From a virus (Duplodnaviria > Caudoviricetes), in IMG/VR virus record IMGVR_UViG_3300028603_000022, positions 1 through 64,000 of that record: a stretch of 64,000 nt of DNA. One strand, given 5' to 3'. The translations under genes and the position numbers were made by a program. This document shows positions 55,367-64,000 of the stretch, piece after piece. The notes under the pieces were generated by a model. It worked only from the letters and a program-made list of their open reading frames with translations, had not been told where the DNA came from and ran no database searches. Position 1 is the first letter of the stretch. Each line of letters begins with the position of its first letter.

Positions 55367-57613
55367 ATGACTGGCTTACCTATTTTTCTTAGGCCATCAG
55401 TTAAAATTACTACTCTTGATCTTACTCAGCGGGTAACTCTTATTGAGAGTACCATTGGTGCTGTAGTTGGTGCCTTTGAGAGAGGTCCAGTTAAGCCTAC
55501 TTACCAAAGTGGTCTTGATGAGGATTTTCGTAATCTGTATGGTTCTGTAGCTAATCCTACGATTGGTTTTGCGCATGATACCTCTACGTCATTTATGACG
55601 CAGAGCAAACATCTTCTTGTCAACCGTGTTACGAAAGACGCTAAGTATTCTAAGCTGTCAGTTCTTAAAGACGCTGTTTCTAACAGTCTTATCTATGTTC
55701 AAAGCCCAGGAACAGAAGGTTCGTATGAGGATGAAGGTCTAGAATCTTATTATCTTCTTACAATTGATGCAGATATTATTACAGCTAACGTAATTAGTAT
55801 CAATATAACTGATGGTTCTACAGTTGAGACTGCCACCACTACGTATGCGTCTTCTCACGCAGCTACATGGGCTGCCTTCGCATCTTCTATTCAGGTTAAC
55901 CTAAATTCATTTGGTTTAGGTAACTCCGCTACGGTTATCAATGACCGTACTATCATTATCAGGGTTTCAAAGACTAATAGTCTTGAGTTTTCTGATTTTG
56001 AAATTACTTTGGGGGCTTCTCAAGCAGATGTGGAAATCGTAGAAACCGCGCATCTGTTTGACGTGTTCGCGGAAAATCCTGGTTCGTGGGCGAATAACTA
56101 CGGTGTTGTTGTAGATAATATTGACCCCGGTGTAAGGCAGCGTTTCCGTCTGGCTATTGCTGGTCCTCTTATTACGGGTAATACAATTTCTGTCGATGTT
56201 AATGGGGTAAATGTATCTACAGCCTACAGTAATAGTTCTGACGCTACTTTAGCGGCTTTTGCTACCGCTCTAGAACTTAACCCTGATATTGAATCGGCAG
56301 AAGTCGAATCTGTTCCCGGTTCCAACGATAATGATCGGTCTATTCTTATCATAGCTAAGAAGCCTGGTTCTAATACGGTTGTGTTCTCTAACCTAACTGT
56401 ATCTAGCGGTTCATCGCAGGTAGCGGCTGTAGTCAATTCGGTTATGTCGGGAGTTGATCCTGACCATTCCTTCCGTCTTAGGGTATTTGAGCGTAGTAAT
56501 CTTAATCTACCTGTTGAAACCTTTACTGTTTCTCTACGTAGACAGCTAAATTCTATGGGTTATCAACAGAATCTAGAGCACGTAGTTAATAGATCGTCAA
56601 CCCGCTCTCTTAATATTCGTGTTCTACAGACTGCTGAATCCTTCAATGACAGCCTGTATGACGAATTTGGTACTCCAGCCTCTACAAATTCAACTGTTTC
56701 TTACCTTAGTAATGGTGATGATGGTCTAGCCGTTACTTCTGCTGAAGTTCGTCAGGGTTGGCTGGCAATAGAAGATCGAGTTCAATACCCTGTAGACGTA
56801 CTTCTTAATGCTGGTTATACCGCTATTTCAGTACAGAAGGAAATGGTTGCGCTAGCAGAACGTCGTTCTGATTGTATCGCTATCTTAGATGCTCCTTCGG
56901 ATAGACAGCACCCCCAAGACCTACGTGATTATCGTATGTTTGAGTTGGATATTGACTCTACTTACGGAGCAATGTATACACCGGACATTGAAATCGAAGA
57001 TATTAATACTGCAGAACGTAGGTTTATTCCTCCGTCCGGTCCTGTTGGTGCTACTTATGCTTATTCTGATCGTCTAACACAGAATATTGGAGCTCCCGCT
57101 GGTCTTAACAGAGGTAAAGTAACGCTTGCTGTTGGGCTTCGTCATATTTACACTGATCCACAGGAAGAACTACTATTCCCTGTCGGTATTAATGTAATCA
57201 AGGATCGTCCTAAAATCGGTCCAGTTGTTATGGGTGAAGAAACTCTGCAAAGTAAGAAGACAGTTCTTTCTTCTGTTCATGCTAGACGTATTCTTAACAG
57301 GATTAAGGTTGGACTTAGCGACGCACTGGACTGGACGATTTTCGACCCCAATACAGAATGGACTCGTATTCAAGCTACCGAACTAGGACATACGCTTCTT
57401 CGTCCTATGACTCGTGGCGACGGTATGGGTGGTCTTTATGACTATCGTATTGTCTGCGATGCTCGCAATAATACTCCTGATGTAATTGATGCCGAACAGC
57501 TTGCTTATGATGTTTACCTAAAGATTACACAGGTTATCAAAGGTATCCATGTTAGGGCTATTCTTACTAGAACGGGGGCCTCGTTCGAGGAACTCATAGA
57601 TATGGGTGTATAG
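55367..57613 (+). CDS. Tail sheath protein
   Basis: PSV...DLT, GAFERGP, ENPGSW, AILDAP, PPSG, APAGLNRG, GINVI, VHARR, FDPN. Confidence 0.93.
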   Translation: MTGLPIFLRPSVKITTLDLTQRVTLIESTIGAVVGAFERGPVKPTYQSGLDEDFRNLYGSVANPTIGFAHDTSTSFMTQSKHLLVNRVTKDAKYSKLSVLKDAVSNSLIYVQSPGTEGSYEDEGLESYYLLTIDADIITANVISINITDGSTVETATTTYASSHAATWAAFASSIQVNLNSFGLGNSATVINDRTIIIRVSKTNSLEFSDFEITLGASQADVEIVETAHLFDVFAENPGSWANNYGVVVDNIDPGVRQRFRLAIAGPLITGNTISVDVNGVNVSTAYSNSSDATLAAFATALELNPDIESAEVESVPGSNDNDRSILIIAKKPGSNTVVFSNLTVSSGSSQVAAVVNSVMSGVDPDHSFRLRVFERSNLNLPVETFTVSLRRQLNSMGYQQNLEHVVNRSSTRSLNIRVLQTAESFNDSLYDEFGTPASTNSTVSYLSNGDDGLAVTSAEVRQGWLAIEDRVQYPVDVLLNAGYTAISVQKEMVALAERRSDCIAILDAPSDRQHPQDLRDYRMFELDIDSTYGAMYTPDIEIEDINTAERRFIPPSGPVGATYAYSDRLTQNIGAPAGLNRGKVTLAVGLRHIYTDPQEELLFPVGINVIKDRPKIGPVVMGEETLQSKKTVLSSVHARRILNRIKVGLSDALDWTIFDPNTEWTRIQATELGHTLLRPMTRGDGMGGLYDYRIVCDARNNTPDVIDAEQLAYDVYLKITQVIKGIHVRAILTRTGASFEELIDMGV

Positions 57614-57662
57614 TTGATCCTATTGAAGAAATCTAGGATTACATAAAATAGGACTATAGATA

Positions 57663-58187
57663 ATGGCAAGAGTTTCATTTACTCAATTAAACAACCTTTC
57701 GGATACTATTAGTGCCGAAGCGTATGAACTTATCATCCCCAATATCCCTCTAGGTGGTTCCACTCAAGAACTTACTCTACGTTGCCAGCAGGCAATGATT
57801 CCGGGATACAGCAACGAAGCATTTGAATCCCTTCTTCATGGACACGTTCTTAAATTCCGTGGCCGTAAGATGTATCCTCGCCAGCTATCTGTTAGCTACG
57901 TTGAAGGTTCGTTCCTTGAAGCTTGGACTATTCTCAAGGCGTGGGACGAATTTATTGTCGGTACTGACTCCGGTAATTCCAGTGCTTATAAAGACACTTA
58001 TTCAACTACTGCCTCACTAGTTATCTATAATACGACTGGAGCAGTGGCTGGAACTATGCGTCTGGAAAACTTCTTCATTCAGGAAATTTCAGATGTAACT
58101 CTGGATGGTACTAGTTCAACTCCTATGCTTATTCCCGCTATGTTCTCATATGATAGGCTTATACCATCCACTGTCGGTATTCGTTAA
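57663..58187 (+). CDS. Tail tube protein
   Basis: Follows the sheath; gp19-like pattern (IPG, GR, W, FSYD). Confidence 0.8.
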   Translation: MARVSFTQLNNLSDTISAEAYELIIPNIPLGGSTQELTLRCQQAMIPGYSNEAFESLLHGHVLKFRGRKMYPRQLSVSYVEGSFLEAWTILKAWDEFIVGTDSGNSSAYKDTYSTTASLVIYNTTGAVAGTMRLENFFIQEISDVTLDGTSSTPMLIPAMFSYDRLIPSTVGIR

Positions 58188-58250
58188 TACTTATTTACAT
58201 AGCTAAGCAATAATCTATTTATACTAAAATAGATTTTTAGATAAAATCAG

Positions 58251-58300
58251 ACCCGTGGAAGTTAATTCTCTTATAAGGATTACTTCCACGGGTTTTTATT
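58251..58300 (+). terminator. Terminator hairpin overlapping a TAATTC motif
   Basis: ACCCGTGGAAGT...ACTTCCACGGGT followed by a T-tract. Confidence 0.7.
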
Positions 58301-58306
58301 TGTGTC

Positions 58307-58858
58307 ATGGCTGTTTCATTTCAAGAATTAAATGCTTTACCAGATATATTAGGAGGAGGCCGACACGAGCTGTATTTTCCTAGTATAGCTGCTATCAATG
58401 TTAAGCAGTTAATGCTGACTAACACGCAAGTTACCATACCTAACATTGGTGTAGGGCATATTAAAGCTAAATTACTAGGACATTCACTAGGTTTTAGAGG
58501 CGGGTTATCTTTTGATAACACGCTTAATTGTTCTTTTTATGAACTTTCTGATGGTTCAAACGTAAAATCGCTTTTTTCGTGGTATAAACTAGTTAGAAAT
58601 CTAGACGATGGTACTTCTCTATTGAAATCCCAATACGCAGCAAATGGTAGATTTAAGTATATAAATACTCTTGGAGAACCTGCTATTGAAGCAGATTTAT
58701 ATAATATGTTTCCAGTTGTTATAACACTACCAGAAGCTTCATCAGAAAACAGTAACGCTGTAGAATTTCAAGTTACTTTCAATGTAGACAAGGTTGATAT
58801 AGATGGAACTTCGGCCTCTATTGAAGATCTATACGAAGCTATGAGAGGTGCTGGTTGA
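58307..58858 (+). CDS. Tail tube-like paralog (tube initiator/baseplate)
   Basis: N-terminus similar to the tube (VSFQELNAL vs VSFTQLNNL); NMFP, VTF. Confidence 0.7.
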   Translation: MAVSFQELNALPDILGGGRHELYFPSIAAINVKQLMLTNTQVTIPNIGVGHIKAKLLGHSLGFRGGLSFDNTLNCSFYELSDGSNVKSLFSWYKLVRNLDDGTSLLKSQYAANGRFKYINTLGEPAIEADLYNMFPVVITLPEASSENSNAVEFQVTFNVDKVDIDGTSASIEDLYEAMRGAG

Positions 58859-59346
58859 TGCTTAATTTCACTAGCGCTTTAACTATTAAAGACCCCGCTC
58901 TAGTTAGCAGATGGTTTCTATCTGTTCCAGATGTATCTCATCCGTATGAATGTATAGCTGAAACCGTAGAACTACCTTTTGATAAAAACCCACCTAAAGG
59001 TAGACATTTTCAAGGTACGCAGCGGTTTTATCCTGATTTCCGTGATATAGACGGCGTTACAGTAGTATTTTGGGAAACCCACGATTTTCAAGTAGCTAGG
59101 TGGTTAGAGAGATGGCGTAAACAAGTGTATAGAACCAATGGTTCCTACGGATTACCAGTAGACTATAAAAAATCCATGTACGCTTATATGTATAGTCTAA
59201 CGTCGAACTCTCCTATTCTAACTTATCATTTGGAAGGCTGCTGGCCTACTGATAAAATACCGTATAATCTAACTCATGAAGACGAAGAAGGTAGGATTCA
59301 AACTGCCTGCTTGTTTAGTGTAGATAGAGTTGATCCACAAGAATAA
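58855..59346 (+). CDS. Tail tube-like baseplate protein
   Basis: VELPF, FWET, W...VY...G.YGLP.DYKK, GCWP. Confidence 0.65.
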   Translation: MMLNFTSALTIKDPALVSRWFLSVPDVSHPYECIAETVELPFDKNPPKGRHFQGTQRFYPDFRDIDGVTVVFWETHDFQVARWLERWRKQVYRTNGSYGLPVDYKKSMYAYMYSLTSNSPILTYHLEGCWPTDKIPYNLTHEDEEGRIQTACLFSVDRVDPQE

Positions 59347-59374
59347 ATAAAAATAGAACACAAAGGAAAATGAC

Positions 59375-60505
59375 ATGAAGCGTGTAGCTGTAGACGATGA
59401 TGATTTCAAGTTGGATACCCCCGCTAAACCTGTTGTTAATAGACCTGAACCAGATACACCTAAAAACCCCTTTAGTGAAGAAGTAACAAAGAAATACACT
59501 AGTCCTTTAGCTGCTCAAGAGGAAGAAGAACTAGAGGAAGTATACGTTATTCAACCTAAAGCTCTGGAAGAAAGTGAGATTCCAGCAGCTAAAGTTACAT
59601 CTTCTTTAGGGGACGAGTGGATTAGACAGGAACTGCCTTCACATTGCATACCTTACGATTTTAAAGAAGTGTTCCTTAGACCGCTGAAATTCACTATGTT
59701 AGGTAAAATTCATGCGGCAAATGTGAATAAATCCTATACCATGTTATTGGATGCCCTTAACGCATGTATTTCTGTGGATATACGCGATCTTACTCCAGCT
59801 GACCTCACTTTTGCTATGTATTGGATAAGGGATAATAGCTATCCTAAGTCTCCTTTGAAATTTAAGCATACTTCCAGATATGGGAATATTGTAGACATTA
59901 CAGTACGTAAATCCGATTTGGAGATAAAAGAGCTGGAAATGACAGCCACAGAATACAAAAAGTGGCAGGAAAAAGGGTTTACCTTCCCGCGTGTTAGGGA
60001 TATGGAACTACTTTTCGGGGATTCCGTATCAGAAGACGTAAGATATCTATTAGAATACGCACAATACGTACATCTTTCTAAAGAAGAATCAGAGGATTAC
60101 GAAGATTACGCTCAAAAGAAAATAGATAAGATCGAAAATGAGCTAGGCCTTGAAGCTATTGATGAGATTGAAGCGTTCTCTGAGCTAATTACTCATGGTG
60201 TGATTGAAACTGTTAAATTTAAAGATCCTAGATTTAAGCCAGAAGCGGCAGTAAAATTCTTCAAGGAAAGAGCTAAAGAGATACGAGAACGCATCGTTAA
60301 TATACCTACTGTTACTCATACTTCCGAGTTTGATGAACAAGTATTAGCTTTCCTTAGACTAGCAGAAGAATTGGAAAAAGAAGCGGAAGAAATCCAACTT
60401 AAGCTGGAAAAAGGTGAAAAAATAGAGGCTAAAGAGGAGGTCGTTGAGGTTTCTATTACTTCGACGGATTTCTTTCCCCCTGTACGATCCAATATTTCTT
60501 CTTGA
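59375..60505 (+). CDS. Tail assembly chaperone/baseplate hub (gp26-like)
   Basis: LPS, RP, DL..D..F...WIR, FPRV; DFFP near the C-terminus; precedes the tape measure gene. Confidence 0.7.
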   Translation: MKRVAVDDDDFKLDTPAKPVVNRPEPDTPKNPFSEEVTKKYTSPLAAQEEEELEEVYVIQPKALEESEIPAAKVTSSLGDEWIRQELPSHCIPYDFKEVFLRPLKFTMLGKIHAANVNKSYTMLLDALNACISVDIRDLTPADLTFAMYWIRDNSYPKSPLKFKHTSRYGNIVDITVRKSDLEIKELEMTATEYKKWQEKGFTFPRVRDMELLFGDSVSEDVRYLLEYAQYVHLSKEESEDYEDYAQKKIDKIENELGLEAIDEIEAFSELITHGVIETVKFKDPRFKPEAAVKFFKERAKEIRERIVNIPTVTHTSEFDEQVLAFLRLAEELEKEAEEIQLKLEKGEKIEAKEEVVEVSITSTDFFPPVRSNISS

Positions 60506-60734
60506 TATTTGCTATGACTTAGCAAAATATAGAGGAATACACATATTGGAGACTGACCCAGCTATTAAATTCTTCCATCATTACCAAAAATTAGTAACAG
60601 ACAGTAGAAATTCAGATACCTTAGACCCTTATCCAGTTAAACACATCGGTAATTTAAAAGTTATTGTAGACGCCATAGCTCAAATGATGAAACAACAGGC
60701 TCAGGCGTTGAACGCTATATTGAAAAGGCGTTAG
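60474..60734 (+). CDS. Chaperone extension, probably made by frameshift (gpGT/gp51-like)
   Basis: Overlapping +1 frame with no credible start; slippery TTTCCCCC at 60473-60480. Confidence 0.55.
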   Translation, partial: FPLYDPIFLLDICYDLAKYRGIHILETDPAIKFFHHYQKLVTDSRNSDTLDPYPVKHIGNLKVIVDAIAQMMKQQAQALNAILKRR

Positions 60735-60737
60735 AAT

Positions 60738-63700
60738 ATGGCTACAGCAAGCGGATTATATAGTGATAGAGTAAAAAATATAATGAATGATCGTTCTTCT
60801 ACAGACGATCGCGCCGCTGCTTATAAAGAATCTGTTGAAATCAAACAACAGAAGAATAAACTGGATAAATTGGATGAAACTACTAGGGTATTTCAGGCGC
60901 AGCTACTGAAATCCACTCTAAATTCAGAAGAACACCTTAAGCACATAGCCAAACATACTAAAATTATGGCTAAAGAGACCATGCTTAGTCAGATACTTAC
61001 TCTGGCTAAGTATACATGGTTTGCCTATAAACTATTAAAGGTGTTTAAGCCACAAATTCTTACGAATACTATAGATAGATTTGAAAGGTTTCTTAATAGA
61101 GCTGGATTTGGTGCTAAGGGTATGCAGCAACAGTGTTGCTGTGATAGCCGAGGTATGGCTGGAAGAATGTCTAGACGTGGTAGACGCATGGATAGACGGA
61201 CTTCATCTTCTGGTGGAAGGTACGAGGCTTCTCAACGCTCTGCTGAAAGAATGGAACGCTCACGTAGAGCTACCATGGATAGGTCTGAGCGTATTAGACG
61301 TAACGCAGATGAGTTAAGACAGCGTAAAGCTTCCCAAATCCAAGCTAAACAGACTCAAGAAGCTATTAATAAGTCTATGAAAAGATGGAACCATTCAGCT
61401 AGAGGTTCTATTAAAGGTATTTTTGATAGTAGTGGTGTAGGCTTACGTAATAGTTCTAAAGCTATTAGTAGAGCTGCTGCTTCAAGTTCTTCCAACTTAG
61501 TTAAGATGGGATTAGCGAGCGTAGCTGGTGTCGCGGCAGCTATGTCAGGTATTTTTTCAACAGTCCTTGGTATTGCTAGTAGGGGTGTTGGTATGCTGGC
61601 TAAGGCCGGTATGTACGCAGGCAGAGGAGTATATGGAGCTGGGGCAGCTACTGCTAGAATCGCTATGTCCAAGACGGGTATTAGCGCTCTAAGTAGAATA
61701 GGTGGTCCCGCTGTTATAGGTTTAGGGGCCTATAATATGGCTACTATGGATGTTGGTCAGCAGCTAAAAACAGGTAAAGACACAGGGTTAGGTAATAGAT
61801 ACGTATCAGGTATAGGCTCAAATCTTAATTCACTTCTCTTTGGGTTGCCTGATAAATTTATAGCTAGTCAAAATTTAGGACCAGGTAGCGCAACAAATTT
61901 ATCGCAATTGTTAGAGGATATAGATCATAGTGCTGGCTCTGGTATTGACTGGTTAACCGGATTACTTGGGTATGATACTAAAATAGGACGTAAGGGTATT
62001 ATAGGAGCTATAGGTAATCAGTTTCAAAACGAAGCTGTTACTATGTATAACAGAGCTAGAACTTTTTTTAACCCTGTAACAAAAGCTTTAGAAGACCAGA
62101 CAGAAGCTTTAACTGGTAGTTTAGACACTAATTTCAAAAATATGGAATTAGACCATAGAGAAGCTAGAAAAATAGAATATGACCGACTTAAAGGGTTATT
62201 GCCTGGTATGGGGGATGGTTTAGGTGAAGCTGGTTTTGCTACATCTCCTGTACTTCGTAGACCGGGCGGATATAAAGCCGATGCGGATTCTTCTTCTACT
62301 GGATATGTCGCTTCTCCCCCAGCAGGTAGATCTACAGATGATAGAGGCCGTAGAAGTCTATTTAGTGGAGATTTGTCTATAAGACCGGGGGATAGTAAGT
62401 TTTCCCAAGGTTGGTCTCAACACGATGCCACAGGATTTAGTACTAGAACTCCAGAGGGATTTTCTGGAGAAGCTGGGCCTTACGCCCAAAGATTATCTAT
62501 GAGAACGGTAGATCCTACGGGGTCTTCAGCTAGATTAGGATCTATATCTGCTAAATATGAAGGTAAGGTAGACACCGTAGGCGGTGACGGTGGTAGAGCT
62601 TATGGAAAATACCAATTTGACTATAAAGCAGGTGGTTTACAAACTTTCTTTAGGGATAACCCAGAATACGCTGCTAAATTTGAAGGATTATCCCCCGGTA
62701 CGAAAGCTTTTAATGATAGGTGGAAGCAGGTTGCTAGAGAAAACCCAATTGCTTTTGAAGCCGCACAAGATAGATCCGCTAAAAATATTTGGTATGAACC
62801 TGCTAGAAAACATGCCGAATCTTTAGGATTCAAAACATCGGATAGGGGTATACAAGAAGCTCTATTTAGTGGCTCTATTCAACATGGTGGTATCAAAAAG
62901 ATTCTAGATAGAACCGCAGCCTTAGAAGGTTTTGCGGATATGACAGAACAACAGCAAATACAAGCTTTTTATGACCAGCGTGCTAAATATATTGATACAG
63001 ATACTAGATTAACAGGTGACAGACGTTCTGGTGTATTAAATAGATATAAGAACGAAGTTAAAGATGCCCTAGCTTTATCTGGGCAAAGTGGTCCAACAGC
63101 CTTTCCTACGATCGCTTCTACTGCCCCTAATATAGGGTTAGCTGCTGCTTTACCAGAAGTAACGGGTGGATCGGCGGCTCAAATCGCTATTGATATGAAT
63201 AACAGGGGTGTTAGAAATCAAGATATAACTTCTGATATGAAGAATATTATACAATATGCAGGGGGTCAGGCTGGAATTAGCCGTATTTCTGTTACTTCTG
63301 GTGGACAAGACCCAGCGAGTAAGAAAAATGCTAGACGTACAGGTAGATCTAAGAACCATGACCACGGTAACGCGGCTGACTTTGACATGTTCGTTACTAA
63401 CCCCGATGGTACAGAAAGACAGCTTAGATACAGTAATCTTGAAGATCGTAAGATTATAGAAAATTTTGTAGAACATGCATTTAAAGCTGGTGCTACCAAT
63501 GTTGGCGTTGGACCGGGTTATATGGCTGACGGCCGTATACATCTAGGTAATACTGGGGCTGATGGTCGTGTTTGGGGTAAAACCATGGAATACGGCTCCA
63601 GAGAACGTAATATAGAAGCTGCGATGGAACGTGGTAGAAGTCAAAGAGCTGGATTTGACTTAGCCTCGGCTCTTAGTCCTTCATCTGGAATGGCGCCAAT

Positions 63701-64000
63701 CCCTGTAGAAATAGCTTCTATTAGCCCCAAAACTCATGAAGAAGCTGTAGCTCACTATTCTCAAAGTAGCGGTTTAGGGTCTATATTTGGTATAAATAAA
63801 GCTGCAGCTTCTGAATTACCGGATCATTTAAAAGGTTCTCAAAGTTCAGCTAAGGGTAACAGACTAGGTAGTGGTTTATATGCTAATTCAGCGTCTGGCG
63901 CTATCGTAGAAGATCGAATTAATCAGGCTCATCAGGCTACTACAGCCCATGTAGCAGCTGAAAAAATACGACCAAATGTTAATCCTGAAGCTTCGATAGC
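60738..64000 (+). CDS. Tape measure-like tail protein with VgrG3-type lysozyme and peptidase M15-like domains, 3' end outside window
   Basis: Not in the ORF track. Frame from the ATG at 60738 has Arg-rich and G/A-rich segments, LGSISAKYE..AYGKYQF..QHG..NRY..E (about 62535-63060) and VTSG..NHDHGNAADF..GVG..IHLG (about 63290-63550). Confidence 0.8.
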   Translation, partial: MATASGLYSDRVKNIMNDRSSTDDRAAAYKESVEIKQQKNKLDKLDETTRVFQAQLLKSTLNSEEHLKHIAKHTKIMAKETMLSQILTLAKYTWFAYKLLKVFKPQILTNTIDRFERFLNRAGFGAKGMQQQCCCDSRGMAGRMSRRGRRMDRRTSSSGGRYEASQRSAERMERSRRATMDRSERIRRNADELRQRKASQIQAKQTQEAINKSMKRWNHSARGSIKGIFDSSGVGLRNSSKAISRAAASSSSNLVKMGLASVAGVAAAMSGIFSTVLGIASRGVGMLAKAGMYAGRGVYGAGAATARIAMSKTGISALSRIGGPAVIGLGAYNMATMDVGQQLKTGKDTGLGNRYVSGIGSNLNSLLFGLPDKFIASQNLGPGSATNLSQLLEDIDHSAGSGIDWLTGLLGYDTKIGRKGIIGAIGNQFQNEAVTMYNRARTFFNPVTKALEDQTEALTGSLDTNFKNMELDHREARKIEYDRLKGLLPGMGDGLGEAGFATSPVLRRPGGYKADADSSSTGYVASPPAGRSTDDRGRRSLFSGDLSIRPGDSKFSQGWSQHDATGFSTRTPEGFSGEAGPYAQRLSMRTVDPTGSSARLGSISAKYEGKVDTVGGDGGRAYGKYQFDYKAGGLQTFFRDNPEYAAKFEGLSPGTKAFNDRWKQVARENPIAFEAAQDRSAKNIWYEPARKHAESLGFKTSDRGIQEALFSGSIQHGGIKKILDRTAALEGFADMTEQQQIQAFYDQRAKYIDTDTRLTGDRRSGVLNRYKNEVKDALALSGQSGPTAFPTIASTAPNIGLAAALPEVTGGSAAQIAIDMNNRGVRNQDITSDMKNIIQYAGGQAGISRISVTSGGQDPASKKNARRTGRSKNHDHGNAADFDMFVTNPDGTERQLRYSNLEDRKIIENFVEHAFKAGATNVGVGPGYMADGRIHLGNTGADGRVWGKTMEYGSRERNIEAAMERGRSQRAGFDLASALSPSSGMAPIPVEIASISPKTHEEAVAHYSQSSGLGSIFGINKAAASELPDHLKGSQSSAKGNRLGSGLYANSASGAIVEDRINQAHQATTAHVAAEKIRPNVNPEASI

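Noticed and set aside
61081-63542. Short ORFs listed in the track for this region
   Set aside because: They overlap the long tape-measure-like frame that runs off the window.
1-64000. tRNA/rRNA genes, introns/inteins, terminase large subunit
   Set aside because: None recognised by eye; the large terminase presumably lies outside the window.

Overview
This window is a 64-kb segment of a large, AT-rich contractile-tailed (myovirus-type, probably jumbo) phage genome. It has two divergent arms. The minus-strand arm (1-23245) carries DNA replication, recombination and regulation genes: type II topoisomerase B subunit, Dda-like helicase, RecA/UvsX, an SSB with a very long acidic tail, SbcC/SbcD, a sigma-like factor, a wHTH protein and an inovirus gpII/X-like Rep protein. 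The plus-strand arm (23638-64000) carries a Cas4-like nuclease, portal, putative head cargo proteins (Acb1-like, histone H1-like, SNF2 helicase, topoisomerase IB), NAD ligase, prohead protease, scaffold, major capsid, tail sheath, tubes, chaperone and a tape-measure-like protein with two peptidoglycan hydrolase domains. A 3089-bp IS5-family element with passenger genes (13018-16106) truncates a Sir2 gene. The most notable unexplained signals are: (1) a pervasive E-x-A motif and short N-terminal leaders, suggesting a protease-dependent capsid cargo system; (2) a polyprotein whose E-x-A-bounded segments look like melittin-type membrane-active peptides; (3) a CCUCCUCCC cuckoo-type hairpin in a 3' UTR, which points to an alphaproteobacterial host; (4) a phage promoter-like motif (ACCGTAAA) that also precedes the IS transposase; (5) an apparently degenerate rolling-circle Rep beside a candidate origin. 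All calls come from reading motifs by eye; no database searches were run.
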